Numbered from the stretch's first letter, positions 40,777 to 53,594 are shown. The stretch: DNA of 60,345 bases from Lysobacterales bacterium RIFOXYA1_FULL_69_10 (GCA_001830245.1 MIDV01000005.1:444-60788); one strand, 5' to 3'. Notes: generated by a model not told the origin, from the letters alone. Numbers and translations: made by a program.

Positions 40777-43353
40777 TCACCCGTGCGCGGCGGCGCGGAG
40801 CCTGAGGAACCGCTTTTGCAGCTCGCCCGGCATCAGGCCCGGCGCGAACAGGAAGCCCTGGCCGATATCCACGCCCAGCTTCAACAGGAAGGCGCGCTGC
40901 GCCTCCGTCTCCACGCCTTCGGCGACGACGCCCAGGCCCAGGCTGTCGGCGATGCCGGTCACCGCCTGGCACACCGCGACATCCGACTGGTTGCCCGGCA
41001 CGCCCTGCACGAACAACTGGCTCAGCTTGAGTCCATGGATCGGCAGGCGGCGCAGGTAGTTGAGCGCGCTGTAGCCCTCGCCGAAATCGTCGATGGTCAG
41101 CATCACCCCCAACTCGCGCAGCTCGGCAAAGGTGCGCAGCGTGTCGGGCTCGTCCTCGATGAGGACACGCTCGGTGAACTCCAGTTCCAGTGCCGTGCCC
41201 GGCAGGCCGGATTCGGCCAGTGCCTGGCGCACGTTGCGGGCCAGGTCCTCGCCGAGGAACTGCCGATAGGAGACGTTGACCGCGACGCGCTCGATGGGCA
41301 CGCCGTGTTCCTGCCAGCGGCGCAGCTGCATGCACGCCTGGGCCATGACCCACGTGCCGATGCCGACGATGTCGCCGGTGGATTCGGCGTGGTCGATGAA
41401 GTGGTCTGGACGCATCTCGCCCAGGGAGGCGTTGCGCCAGCGGATGAGGGCCTCGGCGGCGACCAGCTTGCCGGAGGCCAGCTCGACCTGCGGCTGGTAG
41501 ACGAGGTGGAACTCCTCGTTCTGCACCGCGCGCCGCAGGTGGGTCTCAAGTTGCAGCCGGTGCAGCTGCTGCTCGGCCAGTTCGCTGGTGAAGCCCTGGA
41601 ACGCGTTGCGGCCACGGCGCTTGCTGCTGTACATCGCCACGTCCGCCGACTGGATCAGGTGCTGCGAACTCACGCCGTCGGCTGGCGCACGCGCGATACC
41701 GATACTGGCGGTGATGCTGAACTCCTCGCCGTCCAGTCGGAAGCTGGCGCCGAACTCGCGCAGGATCGCCTCGGCCAGCCGCTCGGGGCGGTCGGGATCG
41801 TCGCCGGTGGTGCAGATCACGAGGAACTCGTCGCCACCGAAGCGGGCGATCAGCGCCTCGGTGCCGACCGCGGTCTGGATGCGCCGCGCGGCCGACGCCA
41901 GCAGGCGGTCGCCGGCGGCATGGCCAAGCACGTCGTTGACGATCTTGAAGCGGTCCAGGTCGATGTAGAGCACCGCCAGGTCCAGCTGCTGCGGGTCGGA
42001 AAGGCGGGCATCCAACTCGTACAGGGCGGCGTCGCGGTTGAGCAGGCCGGTGAGCGGGTCGGTGCGCGCCTGCACGCGAAGGGTTTCCTCGGACTGCTTG
42101 CGTTCGGTGATGTCCTGCAACGTGCCGGTCAGGCGGGAGGTCAGCAGGTCACCGGCTTCGATCTCGCCGATCAGCCGTACCCAGAACGGCTGGCCGCTGC
42201 CTCGCATGCCCTGGATGTCGAGGTTGAGCGCGCGGCCGGTGGCCATGGTGCGGTCGAGTGCATCGCGCACCGCCTGGCGGTCGCCGGGACGGAAGCAGCC
42301 CAGCAGGCCTTCGATGGAATCGGGCGCCGGGTAGCAGCCCAGGATGCGCTGCGCTTCATCTGTGAGGTAGAGGTGGTCGCGCGCGGTTTCCCATTCCCAG
42401 CCGCCGATGTGCGCCAGCGACTGCGCGCGGTCGAACAGCGCGCTGTCGCGCTTGAGCGCGGTGACGTCGGAGAACAGCGTCAGCACCTGCTTCGGCCGGT
42501 TGGCCCCGGCCGGGAACTGCGGCACCGCGGTCACCGAGAGCCACGACAGCTGTTGGCGTTGTCGGTCGAAATAGCCCAGCGTCGCCTCGACGTTGCGGCC
42601 CCAACGCAGGGCGCGCTGCTGCGGCAACTGCTCGTTGGGCAGCTCGCGGCCGTGTTCGTCGATCACCCGCCACCGGCCCGAGCGCAGCTCGTCGTTGATG
42701 CGCTGGCCCTCGCCGATGCCGAACAGCCGCATCGCGGCGATGTTGGCGTGCAGTACGCGGCCACCCGTGTCCTGCACCAGGATCGCGCGGTCGATGGTTT
42801 CCATCAGCTCGCGGTAGCGCCATTCGGCATCGCGGCGCCCGCTGAGGTCGCGGGCGACGGCGACGATGCAGTTGCGACCGTCGTGCACGAAGCCGGCCGA
42901 GTGCACCTCCACCGGGAAGCGGCTGCCGTCGCCGCGCATGTTGGTGACTTCTATGACGTAGGTCTGGCCGCGGTTGAGCTTTTCCCACACCGGGTTGAGG
43001 TGGTCGTGCGGCAACTCCGGGTTGAGTACGTGGATCGGCTGGCCGACGATTTCCTCGCGCGGGCGCCGGTACGCAGCCAGGCCGGCCTTGTTTAGGTCCA
43101 GGACGGTGCCGGTCTCGTCGAGGATGCTGACCGGGTCCGGTACCGCGTCGAACAGGGCGTGGTAGCGCAGTCGCGCGGTCTGGGCGTCCAGCGCGGAGGC
43201 GCGCAATGCATCGCAGGCCTGCCGCAACAGGACGCGTGTTGCGTCCGGCAGGTCGTTGGCCTCGCATGCCGCCTCGAGCGCCGCCAGCGTTACGGCCGCG
43301 TCCGCCGCTTCGGGCGGGCGGGGCAGGCCGGGCGCGGGCGGCCTGGCGGTCAT
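40777..43353 (-). CDS. Cytoplasmic PAS-GGDEF-EAL c-di-GMP enzyme
   Basis: Three PAS-like segments, RFGGDEF, EALIRW, DDFGEGYS, AEGVET; ATGA overlap with the HMG-CoA lyase gene. Confidence 0.92.
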   Translation of the reverse strand: MTARPPAPGLPRPPEAADAAVTLAALEAACEANDLPDATRVLLRQACDALRASALDAQTARLRYHALFDAVPDPVSILDETGTVLDLNKAGLAAYRRPREEIVGQPIHVLNPELPHDHLNPVWEKLNRGQTYVIEVTNMRGDGSRFPVEVHSAGFVHDGRNCIVAVARDLSGRRDAEWRYRELMETIDRAILVQDTGGRVLHANIAAMRLFGIGEGQRINDELRSGRWRVIDEHGRELPNEQLPQQRALRWGRNVEATLGYFDRQRQQLSWLSVTAVPQFPAGANRPKQVLTLFSDVTALKRDSALFDRAQSLAHIGGWEWETARDHLYLTDEAQRILGCYPAPDSIEGLLGCFRPGDRQAVRDALDRTMATGRALNLDIQGMRGSGQPFWVRLIGEIEAGDLLTSRLTGTLQDITERKQSEETLRVQARTDPLTGLLNRDAALYELDARLSDPQQLDLAVLYIDLDRFKIVNDVLGHAAGDRLLASAARRIQTAVGTEALIARFGGDEFLVICTTGDDPDRPERLAEAILREFGASFRLDGEEFSITASIGIARAPADGVSSQHLIQSADVAMYSSKRRGRNAFQGFTSELAEQQLHRLQLETHLRRAVQNEEFHLVYQPQVELASGKLVAAEALIRWRNASLGEMRPDHFIDHAESTGDIVGIGTWVMAQACMQLRRWQEHGVPIERVAVNVSYRQFLGEDLARNVRQALAESGLPGTALELEFTERVLIEDEPDTLRTFAELRELGVMLTIDDFGEGYSALNYLRRLPIHGLKLSQLFVQGVPGNQSDVAVCQAVTGIADSLGLGVVAEGVETEAQRAFLLKLGVDIGQGFLFAPGLMPGELQKRFLRLRAAAHG

Positions 43354-44248
43354 GACACCGCGAGCGCCCGTCCGGCCTTGCTGCCGGTCTCGCGGCCCAA
43401 CCGCGATGCGAGCCAACGGCCGGTCTCGGCCAGCGCCGGCAGGTCGACGCCGGTCTCGATGCCCAGGCCATGCAGCATGTAGACCACGTCCTCGCTGGCG
43501 ACGTTGCCGCTGGCGCCCTTGGCGTACGGGCATCCGCCCGCGCCCGACACGGCCGAATCGACCACCGACACGCCTTCCTCCAGGCACGCCAGGATGTTGG
43601 CCAGTGCCTGGCCGTAGGTGTCGTGGAAGTGGATGGCCAGCGCCGGCATGGGCACGGCTTCGCTCACGGCCCGCAGCATCGCGCGCGCCCTGGCCGGGGT
43701 GCCCACGCCGATGGTGTCCCCCAATGAGATTTCGTAGCAGCCCATCAAGTGCAGTTCACGTGCAACGCGGACCACGTCGGCCACCGGCACCTCACCCTGG
43801 TAGGGACAACCCAGCACGGTGGACACGTAGCCGCGCACCGCCACGCCGTCGGCGCGGGCCCGCTCGATGACGGGCGCGAAGCGCGCCAGCGACTCGTCGA
43901 TCCCGGCATTGATGTTCTTGCGGTTGAAGGCCTCCGACGCCGCGGTGAACACCGCGACCTCGTCCACGCCCACCGCGCGGGCGCGTTCGTAGCCCTGCAG
44001 GTTGGGCACCAGCACCGGGTAGCGCACGCCCGGACGCCGCGTGATGCCGCTGAAGACTTCCGCGGCGTCGGCCAGTTGCGGCACCCACTTGGGGCTGACG
44101 AAGCTGGTCGCCTCGATGGACTGCAGGCCGGTCGCCGACAGCCTGTCGATGAGTTCGATCTTGTCGGCGGTGGGGATTAGCGCCTTCTCGTTCTGCAGGC
44201 CGTCGCGGGGACCGACCTCGACGATGCGCACGCGGTCGGGCAGGGCGC

Positions 44249-44252
<4 letters not shown>
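43350..44252 (-). CDS. liuE: HMG-CoA lyase
   Basis: EVGPRDGLQNE, HFHDT, GGCPYA motifs. Confidence 0.95.
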
Positions 44253-46246
<1,994 letters not shown>

Positions 46247-46266
46247 TGCGTTTCCGGCTGTCTGCT

Positions 46267-46783
46267 CCCTCCCCTTCAAGGGGAGGGCCGGGGAGGGGAT
46301 GGGTCCATGCCGATCAGGGCCAGCACCCGGTGGATCTCGTGCAGGACATCGTTCGTCCGCATCAGTACATCATGATTCCAGAATCGCAGGACCGTGAACC
46401 CCGCGGCGACCAGGCGCCGGTCGCGCTCGGCGTCCTGGGTGGAGTCGGCGTGCTGGCCACCATCGACTTCGACCACCAACCGGCGCTCCGTGCAGGCGAA
46501 ATCCAGGATGTAGCAGTCGAACGGGTGTTGGCGGCGGAATTTGCAGCCTTGCAGCTGACGGCCGCGCAGGTGTTGCCAGAGCTTTCGTTCGGCATCCGTG
46601 GGCGCGCAACGCAGGCGCCGTTGCAGCTTGGTGTCGAGGACGCGGCGATTCGTTTGACCTTGCATGGATTCCTCCTTGAATCCGGGTGGGGTGCTTCGCA
46701 CGTTCAGCGGCGTGGTGTTATTGGCGACCTGGACTTGCGGCCTGCAACCCATCCCCGCCCAACCCTCCCCTTGAAGGGGAGGG
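46267..46783. mobile_element. Candidate element: DUF559 gene between hairpin inverted repeats
   Basis: Left arm 46267-46304, right arm 46747-46783; gene-less copy at 57437-57535. Mobility is inferred. Confidence 0.55.
46276..46665 (-). CDS. DUF559/YcjD Vsr-like PD-(D/E)XK endonuclease
   Basis: T.AE..LW..LR, KFRRQHP..YILDFAC, EVDGGQH, RD..L...GF.VLRFWN; AAGGAGG RBS before ATG 46665. Confidence 0.9.
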   Translation of the reverse strand: MQGQTNRRVLDTKLQRRLRCAPTDAERKLWQHLRGRQLQGCKFRRQHPFDCYILDFACTERRLVVEVDGGQHADSTQDAERDRRLVAAGFTVLRFWNHDVLMRTNDVLHEIHRVLALIGMDPSPPRPSP

Positions 46784-46827
46784 CTTTGAGGCAGGCCCGG
46801 AAGGGGAGGGCTTTCGCGCGAGTTGAC

Positions 46828-47610
46828 TCATCCCACCCAAGCCGGCTTGCGCTTCTCCAGGAACGCCGACAATCCCTCCTGGCCTTCGGCGGACACACGT
46901 AGGCGGGCGATGAGTGCGGCGTTGTCGCGGTCGTGGCGGTCGCGATCGCTGTGGGCGGCGACATCGCGGACCAGCGACTTGGCGTGGGTGGCGGCGACCG
47001 GTCCGGCCTTGAGCAGCAGGTCGACCTGGCGCTGGATGGCAGCGTCCAACGCATCCGCGTCCACCGCCTCGTGCAGCAGGCCGATGCGGGCGGCCTCGTC
47101 GGCATCAAACATCTCGGCGGTCGCGAACCAGCGCCGCGCCTGCCGCGCGCCGATCGCGTCGATGACATAGGGCGAGATCACCGCCGGCAGCAGCCCCAGC
47201 TTGCTTTCGGTCAGGCCGAACTTCGCGCCCTTCGCGCCGATGGCGATGTCGCAGCAGGCCACCAGGCCCACACCGCCCCCGAACGCCGCGCCGTGCACGC
47301 GCGCGATGGTCGGCTTGGGCAGCTCGTCCAAGGTGCGCATCAGGCGTGCCAGCGCCAGTGCGTCGTCGCGGTTCTCCTGCTCGCTGGCGGCGGCCATGCC
47401 GCGCATCCAGTTGAGGTCGGCGCCAGCCGAGAACGACGCGCCTTCCCCTTCCAGCACCACCACGCGCACGTCCTCGTCGTCGGCCACGCCCGACAGCGCA
47501 CCGGTCAAGGCGGCGATCAAGGTGGCGTCGAATGCGTTGTGCAGCTCGGGGCGGTTGAGGCGGAGGCGGGCGACGGGGCCCTCGCGCAGGTGCAGCAGCG
47601 GGTGGGTCAT
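46828..47610 (-). CDS. liuC: Methylglutaconyl-CoA hydratase (crotonase)
   Basis: LNRPE.HNAF, FSAGADL, FGGGVGL, E.KLGL.P motifs. Confidence 0.88.
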   Translation of the reverse strand: MTHPLLHLREGPVARLRLNRPELHNAFDATLIAALTGALSGVADDEDVRVVVLEGEGASFSAGADLNWMRGMAAASEQENRDDALALARLMRTLDELPKPTIARVHGAAFGGGVGLVACCDIAIGAKGAKFGLTESKLGLLPAVISPYVIDAIGARQARRWFATAEMFDADEAARIGLLHEAVDADALDAAIQRQVDLLLKAGPVAATHAKSLVRDVAAHSDRDRHDRDNAALIARLRVSAEGQEGLSAFLEKRKPAWVG

Positions 47611-47683
47611 GGCGGCGGCCGTGAAGGGCAGGGCGGGCATGATAGCCGGTGGCTTCCGGCACACCGGCCGCGCGCGCGCCCGA

Positions 47684-47708
47684 TGCTAGAATGAGAACAA
47701 TTCCTATT
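47684..47708 (+). promoter_or_regulatory. feo promoter with Fur box
   Basis: TGn-TAGAAT (47684-47692) overlapped by AATGAGAACAATTCCTATT (47690-47708). Confidence 0.8.
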
Positions 47709-47714
47709 TGGCGG

Positions 47715-47966
47715 ATGCGTGCCTTGAAGCTCACCGAACTGCCGCGGCGGGCCGCCGCCCTGGTGGAGGCCGTCGACGACCTCATGCCCAACGACGCCAT
47801 TGCCCGCCGCCTGCGCGAGCTGGGCTTCGTCAACGGCGAGCGGGTGGAGGTCATGGCGGCGGGCCCGTTCTCGGCCGAGCCGCTGCTGGTGCAGGTCGGT
47901 TACACCCGTTTCGCGCTGCGCCGCGCCGAAGCCGCGCGCGTGCGCGTCGTGCCGGAGGCCGCATGA
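47715..47966 (+). CDS. feoA: Ferrous iron transport protein A
   Basis: RRLRELGF..G and FALRR.EA motifs. Confidence 0.92.
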   Translation: MRALKLTELPRRAAALVEAVDDLMPNDAIARRLRELGFVNGERVEVMAAGPFSAEPLLVQVGYTRFALRRAEAARVRVVPEAA

Positions 47967-49849
47967 GCGCCGCAACCGCCACGGCAGCCCTCAGGCTGGC
48001 GCTGGTCGGCAGCCCCAACTGCGGCAAGACCGCGCTGTTCAACCAGCTCACCGGCAGCCGCCAGAAGGTGGCCAACTACGCCGGCGTCACCGTGGAGCGC
48101 AAGGAGGGGCGGTTCCACGCCCCCTCGGGCCGCGAGTACGCACTGCTGGACCTGCCCGGTGCCTACAGCCTGGATGCGGCCAGCCTGGACGAGGCGGTGA
48201 CCCGCGACGTATGCCGCGGCTTCTACCCGGGCGAGCCCACGCCCGACGTGCTGGTGTGCGTGGTCGATGCGACCAACCTGCGCCTGCACCTGCGCTTTGC
48301 ACTGGAAGTGCGTGAACTCGCGCGCCAGGTCGGCCGGCCGATGGTGCTGGCGGTCAACATGATGGATGCCGCGCAACGCCGCGGCATCGCCGTGGACCTG
48401 GGCGTGCTCGAGGCCGAGCTGGGCGTGCCCGTGGTGCCCACGGTTGCCGTCCGCCACGACGGCGCCGCCGAACTGGTTGGCGCGCTGGACCGCACCGTGC
48501 AGCATCCGCAGCCGCCGCGCGCAGGGCTCATCGATGCGTCGCCCGCAGGTGATGCACTGCATGCCGAAACCCGGCGCCTGCTGGCGCTGGCGGTCGACAT
48601 GCCCCGCCGCACGGCGAAGGTGGACGACACGCTGGACCGTTTGCTGCTGCATCCGGCGCTGGGCCTGCTGTCGCTGGCGGTGGTGATGTTCCTGATCTTC
48701 CAGGCGGTGTACGCGTGGGCCACGCCGGTCATGGACCTGATCGACGCCGGCACGGTGTGGCTGGGCGAAGCCGTCGGTGGCGCGTTGCCGGAAGGCCCGC
48801 TCAACAGCCTTCTGGTGGACGGCATCATCGCGGGCCTGGGCGGGGTGATCATCTTCCTGCCGCAGATCGTCATTCTCTTCGCCTTCATCCTCGCGCTGGA
48901 GGAGTCCGGCTACCTGCCGCGCGCGGCATTCCTGCTGGACCGCTTGATGGCCGGGGCCGGCCTATCGGGTCGCTCGTTCATCCCGCTGCTGTCGAGCTTC
49001 GCCTGCGCGATCCCCGGGATCATGGCGACGCGGTCGATCCAGGACCCGCGCGACCGGCTGGCGACGATCATGGTCGCGCCGCTGATGACGTGCTCGGCGC
49101 GCTTGCCCGTATACGCGCTGCTGATCGGCGCCTTTATCCCCGCGCAGTCGGTCGGCATCTTCAACCTGCAGGGGCTGGTGCTGTTCGCGCTGTACGCGGC
49201 GGGCATCCTCAGCGCGCTGGTCGTGGCGTGGATCATGAAGAAGTGGCGGCGCGACAAGAGCGAGCACGCGCTGATGCTGGAACTGCCGTCCTACCGCCTG
49301 CCGCACCCGCGCGACCTGCTGATCGGGCTGTGGGAGCGCGCCTGGATTTTCCTGCGCCGCGTCGGCGGCATCATCCTGGCGCTGACGGTGCTGCTGTGGT
49401 TCCTGCTGTCGTTCCCCGGCGCACCCGAAGGGGCGACCGGCCCGGCCATCGACTACAGCTTCGCCGGCCGCATCGGCCACGCGCTGACGGCGGTGTTCGC
49501 GCCGATCGGCTTCAACTGGCAGATCTGCATCGCGCTGATCCCCGGGATGGCCGCGCGCGAAGTGGCGGTGTCGTCGCTGGCGACGGTCTATGCGCTGCAG
49601 GCGGCAGACGAGGCGGCCGCCACCGAGGCCCTGACGCCGATCATCACCGACACCTGGTCGCTGGCCACCGCGCTGTCGCTGCTGGTGTGGTTCATCTACG
49701 CGCCGCAGTGCATTTCGACGCTCGCGACCATCAAGCGCGAGACCGGCTCCTGGCGGCAGGTGGCCATCGCCACCGGCTACCTGTTCGCGCTGGCGTACCT
49801 CGCAGCCTTCGTGACCTACCGCGTCGCACTGGCGCTGGGGGCGGGCTGA
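47963..49849 (+). CDS. feoB: Ferrous iron transporter B
   Basis: GSPNCGKT, NYAGVTVE, DLPG.YSL, NMMD, CSARLPVY motifs. Confidence 0.96.
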   Translation: MSAATATAALRLALVGSPNCGKTALFNQLTGSRQKVANYAGVTVERKEGRFHAPSGREYALLDLPGAYSLDAASLDEAVTRDVCRGFYPGEPTPDVLVCVVDATNLRLHLRFALEVRELARQVGRPMVLAVNMMDAAQRRGIAVDLGVLEAELGVPVVPTVAVRHDGAAELVGALDRTVQHPQPPRAGLIDASPAGDALHAETRRLLALAVDMPRRTAKVDDTLDRLLLHPALGLLSLAVVMFLIFQAVYAWATPVMDLIDAGTVWLGEAVGGALPEGPLNSLLVDGIIAGLGGVIIFLPQIVILFAFILALEESGYLPRAAFLLDRLMAGAGLSGRSFIPLLSSFACAIPGIMATRSIQDPRDRLATIMVAPLMTCSARLPVYALLIGAFIPAQSVGIFNLQGLVLFALYAAGILSALVVAWIMKKWRRDKSEHALMLELPSYRLPHPRDLLIGLWERAWIFLRRVGGIILALTVLLWFLLSFPGAPEGATGPAIDYSFAGRIGHALTAVFAPIGFNWQICIALIPGMAAREVAVSSLATVYALQAADEAAATEALTPIITDTWSLATALSLLVWFIYAPQCISTLATIKRETGSWRQVAIATGYLFALAYLAAFVTYRVALALGAG

Positions 49850-50106
49850 TGGCCGACGCCGGGCTCGTCGCGCAGCAGGCGGTGGTGGCCGTGGCCGTCA
49901 TGGCCGCGTGCGTGTACGTCGTGCGCCGGCAGTTCCCGCAGGCGCTGCGGCGCGGCCGGATGCGCCTGGTGCTGGTGCTGCTGCGTCCGCATCGCGCGGC
50001 GTGGCTGCAGCGGCTGGGGCGGCGGTTGGCGCCCAAAGTTGCCGCGGGCCCGGCAGCCGCGGCCTGCGGGCAGTCCGGCAGTTGTGGCGGGTGCTCGCCG
50101 GGCTGA
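49849..50106 (+). CDS. FeoB-associated small Cys-rich membrane protein (FeoC-like)
   Basis: N-terminal TM segment, C-terminal CGQSGSCGGC; TGATG coupling to feoB. Confidence 0.8.
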   Translation: MADAGLVAQQAVVAVAVMAACVYVVRRQFPQALRRGRMRLVLVLLRPHRAAWLQRLGRRLAPKVAAGPAAAACGQSGSCGGCSPG

Positions 50107-50119
50107 GGGGCTGCGAACC

Positions 50120-50206
50120 CGTCATCCCGAATGCAGTGAGGGATCTGCTTTCCGCCTTGTTCGAGCGGTGAAGCAGATCCCTCACTGTGTTTCGTTTCGG
50201 AACGAC
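50120..50206. repeat. Degenerate CGTC-tagged REP-like doublet
   Basis: Starts CGTCATCCCG; perfect 17-bp inverted repeat 50134-50150/50171-50187 between convergent genes. Confidence 0.7.
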
Positions 50207-50247
50207 AGAGAACGATGACCGTCGACGTGGGTCGACGGCCGTTCGCT

Positions 50248-50604
50248 TCAGTGCTTGCGCCGCCGGTGCAACGGCACCTCGGTGGCTTCCACCACCAGGC
50301 TGAAGGTGCGTTCCTCACCCGGCTGCATGGCGCCGACGCCGACGATCTGGCGGTTGATCTCGCGCCCGCGGCCATCGCGGATGGCCAGCACCATGGTGTA
50401 TTCGCAGGCGCCGTCCGCAGGGGCGGGGATGGTCCCCTCCACCTGCAGCGGCGTGGATTTCAGCGTGGCGCCGGTGTTGGCCTCGGCATCGAAGCGCAGG
50501 TGCCCGCGGCACTGCGGGCAGACGCTGGAACTCTCCAGGATCGTTGCCTTGCAGTGCGGGCAGGTGCGGGTGGCACCTGCGGTTCCCGGGCGGGTGGCGC
50601 TCAT
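50248..50604 (-). CDS. Zinc-ribbon hypothetical protein
   Basis: CPHC..CPQC followed by a beta-rich domain; ATGA overlap with the bactofilin gene. Confidence 0.75.
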   Translation of the reverse strand: MSATRPGTAGATRTCPHCKATILESSSVCPQCRGHLRFDAEANTGATLKSTPLQVEGTIPAPADGACEYTMVLAIRDGRGREINRQIVGVGAMQPGEERTFSLVVEATEVPLHRRRKH

Positions 50605-51137
50605 GCGGCGTCGTCGTTGCCCGCCTTGCTGCCGCCCTTGCCGGAGGCCTTGTCGCCCCAGCCGAAGTCGACCTGGCCGCGCATGCGCGCACCGGTGGCC
50701 ACGGTCAGTGAGCCGGCCTTGACGTCGCCTGTCAGCGCGCCCGATTCCAGCAGTTCGACCTTCTGCGCCGACTCGATGTTGCCTTCCAACTCACCGGCCA
50801 CGATGACCTTGTGGGCACGCACGCCGCCGGTCAGCTTGGCGCCGTTCTCGATGGTCAGGTTGCCCTGCACGTTGACGTCGCCGTTGAACTTGCCGGCGAT
50901 GCGGACGTGGCCGGTGCCCTCGATCTTGCCTTCGATGGTCAGGTCGGAAGCGATCAGCGATTCCTTGAGCTGCGGTTCGGCCGCGCGGGCGTGGCTGGGC
51001 GAGGCGGATGCGATGTCACGCACCGGGGCCGGGTCGAACGAGGCGGCCTCGGGTGACGGGCCGGACGACGGCACGGCCGTCGGGGTGGGCGGGTTGGACT
51101 TCGTGGCGGGAGCGGGGGTGTCTTTCCAGATGGCCAT
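50601..51137 (-). CDS. Bactofilin (polymer-forming cytoskeletal protein)
   Basis: SLIASDLTIEGKI..G.F.GDV..G.LEGNI..GDVKAGSL.V..GA...G beta-helix pattern with a Pro/Ser-rich N-tail. Confidence 0.9.
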   Translation of the reverse strand: MAIWKDTPAPATKSNPPTPTAVPSSGPSPEAASFDPAPVRDIASASPSHARAAEPQLKESLIASDLTIEGKIEGTGHVRIAGKFNGDVNVQGNLTIENGAKLTGGVRAHKVIVAGELEGNIESAQKVELLESGALTGDVKAGSLTVATGARMRGQVDFGWGDKASGKGGSKAGNDDAA

Positions 51138-51300
51138 CGGTCAGGGGTTCCGTCAGCAGCAGGGGGACTGGGAACTTAGCACCGGCTTCACCCCGTCCTC
51201 ACGTGACGCCCGTCGGCCAATGCGGAATTCTTCAGCTGCGCGACAGGTTCTCCCCGTTCATCGGTGAAGGCGGTCACGGCTGTGCGCCTCCCGCCCTGTG

Positions 51301-52911
51301 CTACATCCGGAACACGCCGAAGCGCGTGCGCCCTTCGACCGGTGCGTTGAGCGATGCCGACAGGCCCAAGCCCAGCACGCGCCGGGTATCGGCCGGGTCG
51401 ATGATGCCGTCGTCCCACAGCCGGGCGGTGGCGTACCACGGGCTGCCCTGCGACTCGTACTGGTCGCGGATCGGCGACTTGAAGGCCTCTTCCTCGTCCG
51501 CGCTCCACTCGCCACCGCGGGCCTCGATGCCGTCGCGCTTCACGGTCGCCAGCACGCTGGCCGCCTGCTCGCCGCCCATGACGCTGATGCGCGCGTTGGG
51601 CCACATCCACAGGAAGCGCGCACCGTAGGCCCGGCCGCACATGGCGTAATTGCCGGCGCCGAAGCTGCCACCGATCACCACGGTGAACTTGGGCACGTGC
51701 GAACAGGCCACCGCCGTCACCATCTTCGCCCCGTCCTTGGCGATGCCGGCCTGCTCGTACTTCTTGCCGACCATGAAGCCGGTGATGTTCTGCAGGAACA
51801 CCAGCGGGATGCCGCGCTGGTTGCACAGCTCGATGAAGTGCGCGCCCTTGAGCGCGCTCTCGGCGAACAGGATGCCGTTGTTGGCGACGATGCCGACCGG
51901 GTAGCCGTGCAGGTGTGCGAAGCCGGTGACCAGCGTCTTGCCGTAGCGCGCCTTGAATTCCTGGAAGTCGCTGCCGTCGACGATGCGGGCGATGACCTCG
52001 CGGATGTCGAACGGGCGGCGGGTGTCCCTGGGCACGATGCCGTACAGCTCCTCGGCTGCGAACAAGGGCTCGCGCACCGGCTGCACGGCCACCGGCAGCA
52101 CCTTGCGGCGGTTGAAGGTGGCGACGATGTCGCGCGCGATCTGCAGCGCGTGGCGGTCGTCCTCGGCGAAGTGGTCGGCGACCCCGGAAATGGACGTGTG
52201 CACGTCGGCACCGCCCAGGGTCTCGGCATCGACGATCTCGCCGGTGGCGGCCTTCACCAGCGGCGGGCCGCCCAGGAAGATCGTGCCCTGTTCCTTGACG
52301 ATCACCGACTCGTCGCACATCGCCGGCACGTACGCACCACCGGCGGTGCAGCTGCCCATGACCACCGCGACCTGCGGGATGTTCTCGGCCGACATCCGCG
52401 CCTGGTTGTAGAAGATCCGGCCGAAGTGCTCCTTGTCGGGGAACACCTCGTCCTGCAGCGGCAGGAAGGCACCACCCGAATCGACCAGGTAGATGCAGGG
52501 CAGGTGGTTCTCGCGGGCGATCTCCTGCGCGCGCAGGTGCTTCTTGACCGTCATCGGGAAGTACGTGCCGCCCTTGACCGTGGCGTCGTTGGCGACCACC
52601 ACGACTTCCTGGCCCATCACCCGGCCGATGCCGCAGACCATGCCGGCCGCGGGCGCGGCGTCGTCGTACATGCCTTCGGCGGCCAGCGGCGCGATTTCGA
52701 GGAACGGCGAGCCCGGGTCGAGCAAGGCGGTGATGCGGTCGCGGGTGAGCAGCTTGCCGCGCTCGGTGTGCTTCGTGCGGGCCTTCTCGCCGCCGCCCTC
52801 GGCCGCGCGTGTCAGCCGGGCGTCAAGCTCCTCCACCAGCGCGCGGTGGTAGGCCGCGTTGTCCTGGAAGTCCTGGGAGCGGGGGTCGAGTGCGGAGCTC
52901 AATGCGGGCAT
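51301..52911 (-). CDS. liuB: 3-methylcrotonyl-CoA carboxylase beta subunit
   Basis: [30 protein letters not shown] motifs. Confidence 0.93.
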   Translation of the reverse strand: MPALSSALDPRSQDFQDNAAYHRALVEELDARLTRAAEGGGEKARTKHTERGKLLTRDRITALLDPGSPFLEIAPLAAEGMYDDAAPAAGMVCGIGRVMGQEVVVVANDATVKGGTYFPMTVKKHLRAQEIARENHLPCIYLVDSGGAFLPLQDEVFPDKEHFGRIFYNQARMSAENIPQVAVVMGSCTAGGAYVPAMCDESVIVKEQGTIFLGGPPLVKAATGEIVDAETLGGADVHTSISGVADHFAEDDRHALQIARDIVATFNRRKVLPVAVQPVREPLFAAEELYGIVPRDTRRPFDIREVIARIVDGSDFQEFKARYGKTLVTGFAHLHGYPVGIVANNGILFAESALKGAHFIELCNQRGIPLVFLQNITGFMVGKKYEQAGIAKDGAKMVTAVACSHVPKFTVVIGGSFGAGNYAMCGRAYGARFLWMWPNARISVMGGEQAASVLATVKRDGIEARGGEWSADEEEAFKSPIRDQYESQGSPWYATARLWDDGIIDPADTRRVLGLGLSASLNAPVEGRTRFGVFRM

Positions 52912-52996
52912 GCGTCGGCCGGGCGTGGTGAAAGCGGGACAGGATACCGGGCGCGCGCCCGTGCCGCCGCCCGCGACGCGCGCGCGCGCGGAAGGC

Positions 52997-53027
52997 AAAA
53001 AAAGGGAACCCGCCGAAGCGGGTTCCC
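52997..53027 (-). terminator. Intrinsic terminator
   Basis: GGGAACCCGC-TTCG-GCGGGTTCCC-T7 on the minus strand. Confidence 0.9.
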
Positions 53028-53053
53028 GGAGTTACAGCTGGACGATCGTGGGA

Positions 53054-53410
53054 TCAGTCCTGGACCTCCGCGTCGGCAGTGGCTTCGGCCTCGGCCTGCT
53101 CTTCGCGCATTTCGTCGGCCACGTTCTCGGCGCCGGAGGCGATGTTCTCGGCGGCGGATGCCTTGCCTTCCTCGTACGCTTCCTGCACCGGATCGGCGGC
53201 GGCATCGACCGCAGCAGCGGCGGAACCGGCGGCCGCGGCGGTGCCGGCGGCAGCGGCCTCACCGGCCGAAGCGGCAGCGTCGCCAGCGGCTTCTGCTGCG
53301 ATCTCGGCCTCCGCGGCTGCCTCGTTGGCTTCCTGCTCGGCGGTCGGCGAGTTGCAGGCGGCAAGGGCGAAGGCGCTGGCGGCAATCAGGGTGGTCAGCT
53401 TGATGTTCAT
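53054..53410 (-). CDS. Ala/Glu-rich lipoprotein
   Basis: Lipobox LAAC, low complexity, AGGAG RBS. Confidence 0.82.
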   Translation of the reverse strand: MNIKLTTLIAASAFALAACNSPTAEQEANEAAAEAEIAAEAAGDAAASAGEAAAAGTAAAAGSAAAAVDAAADPVQEAYEEGKASAAENIASGAENVADEMREEQAEAEATADAEVQD

Positions 53411-53560
53411 TCAATACTCCTGGTGGTAGTCGGCAGTGGATTCAGCGGCACCCGGTGGCTGCCGGCGAGCGCAATATTCCAGCCGGCGTGTTAGGCCGTG
53501 TGAAGACGGGCACGGGCCGGGATCCGACCGGTGGGGACCGCGCTGCACGAACACCCAGGC

Positions 53561-53594
53561 AAAAAGAAAGCCGCTGGACATGCCAGCGGCTTTC
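53561..53594 (-). terminator. Intrinsic terminator
   Basis: GAAAGCCGCTGG/CCAGCGGCTTTC 12-bp stem followed by T5. Confidence 0.88.

Noticed and set aside
40174-43095. 973-aa plus-strand ORF and other long antisense ORFs (e.g. 11338-13212, 51298-53403, 18753-20450, 25603-27417)
   Set aside because: Shadow frames of clear genes on the opposite strand, as expected at this GC content; no recognisable motifs.
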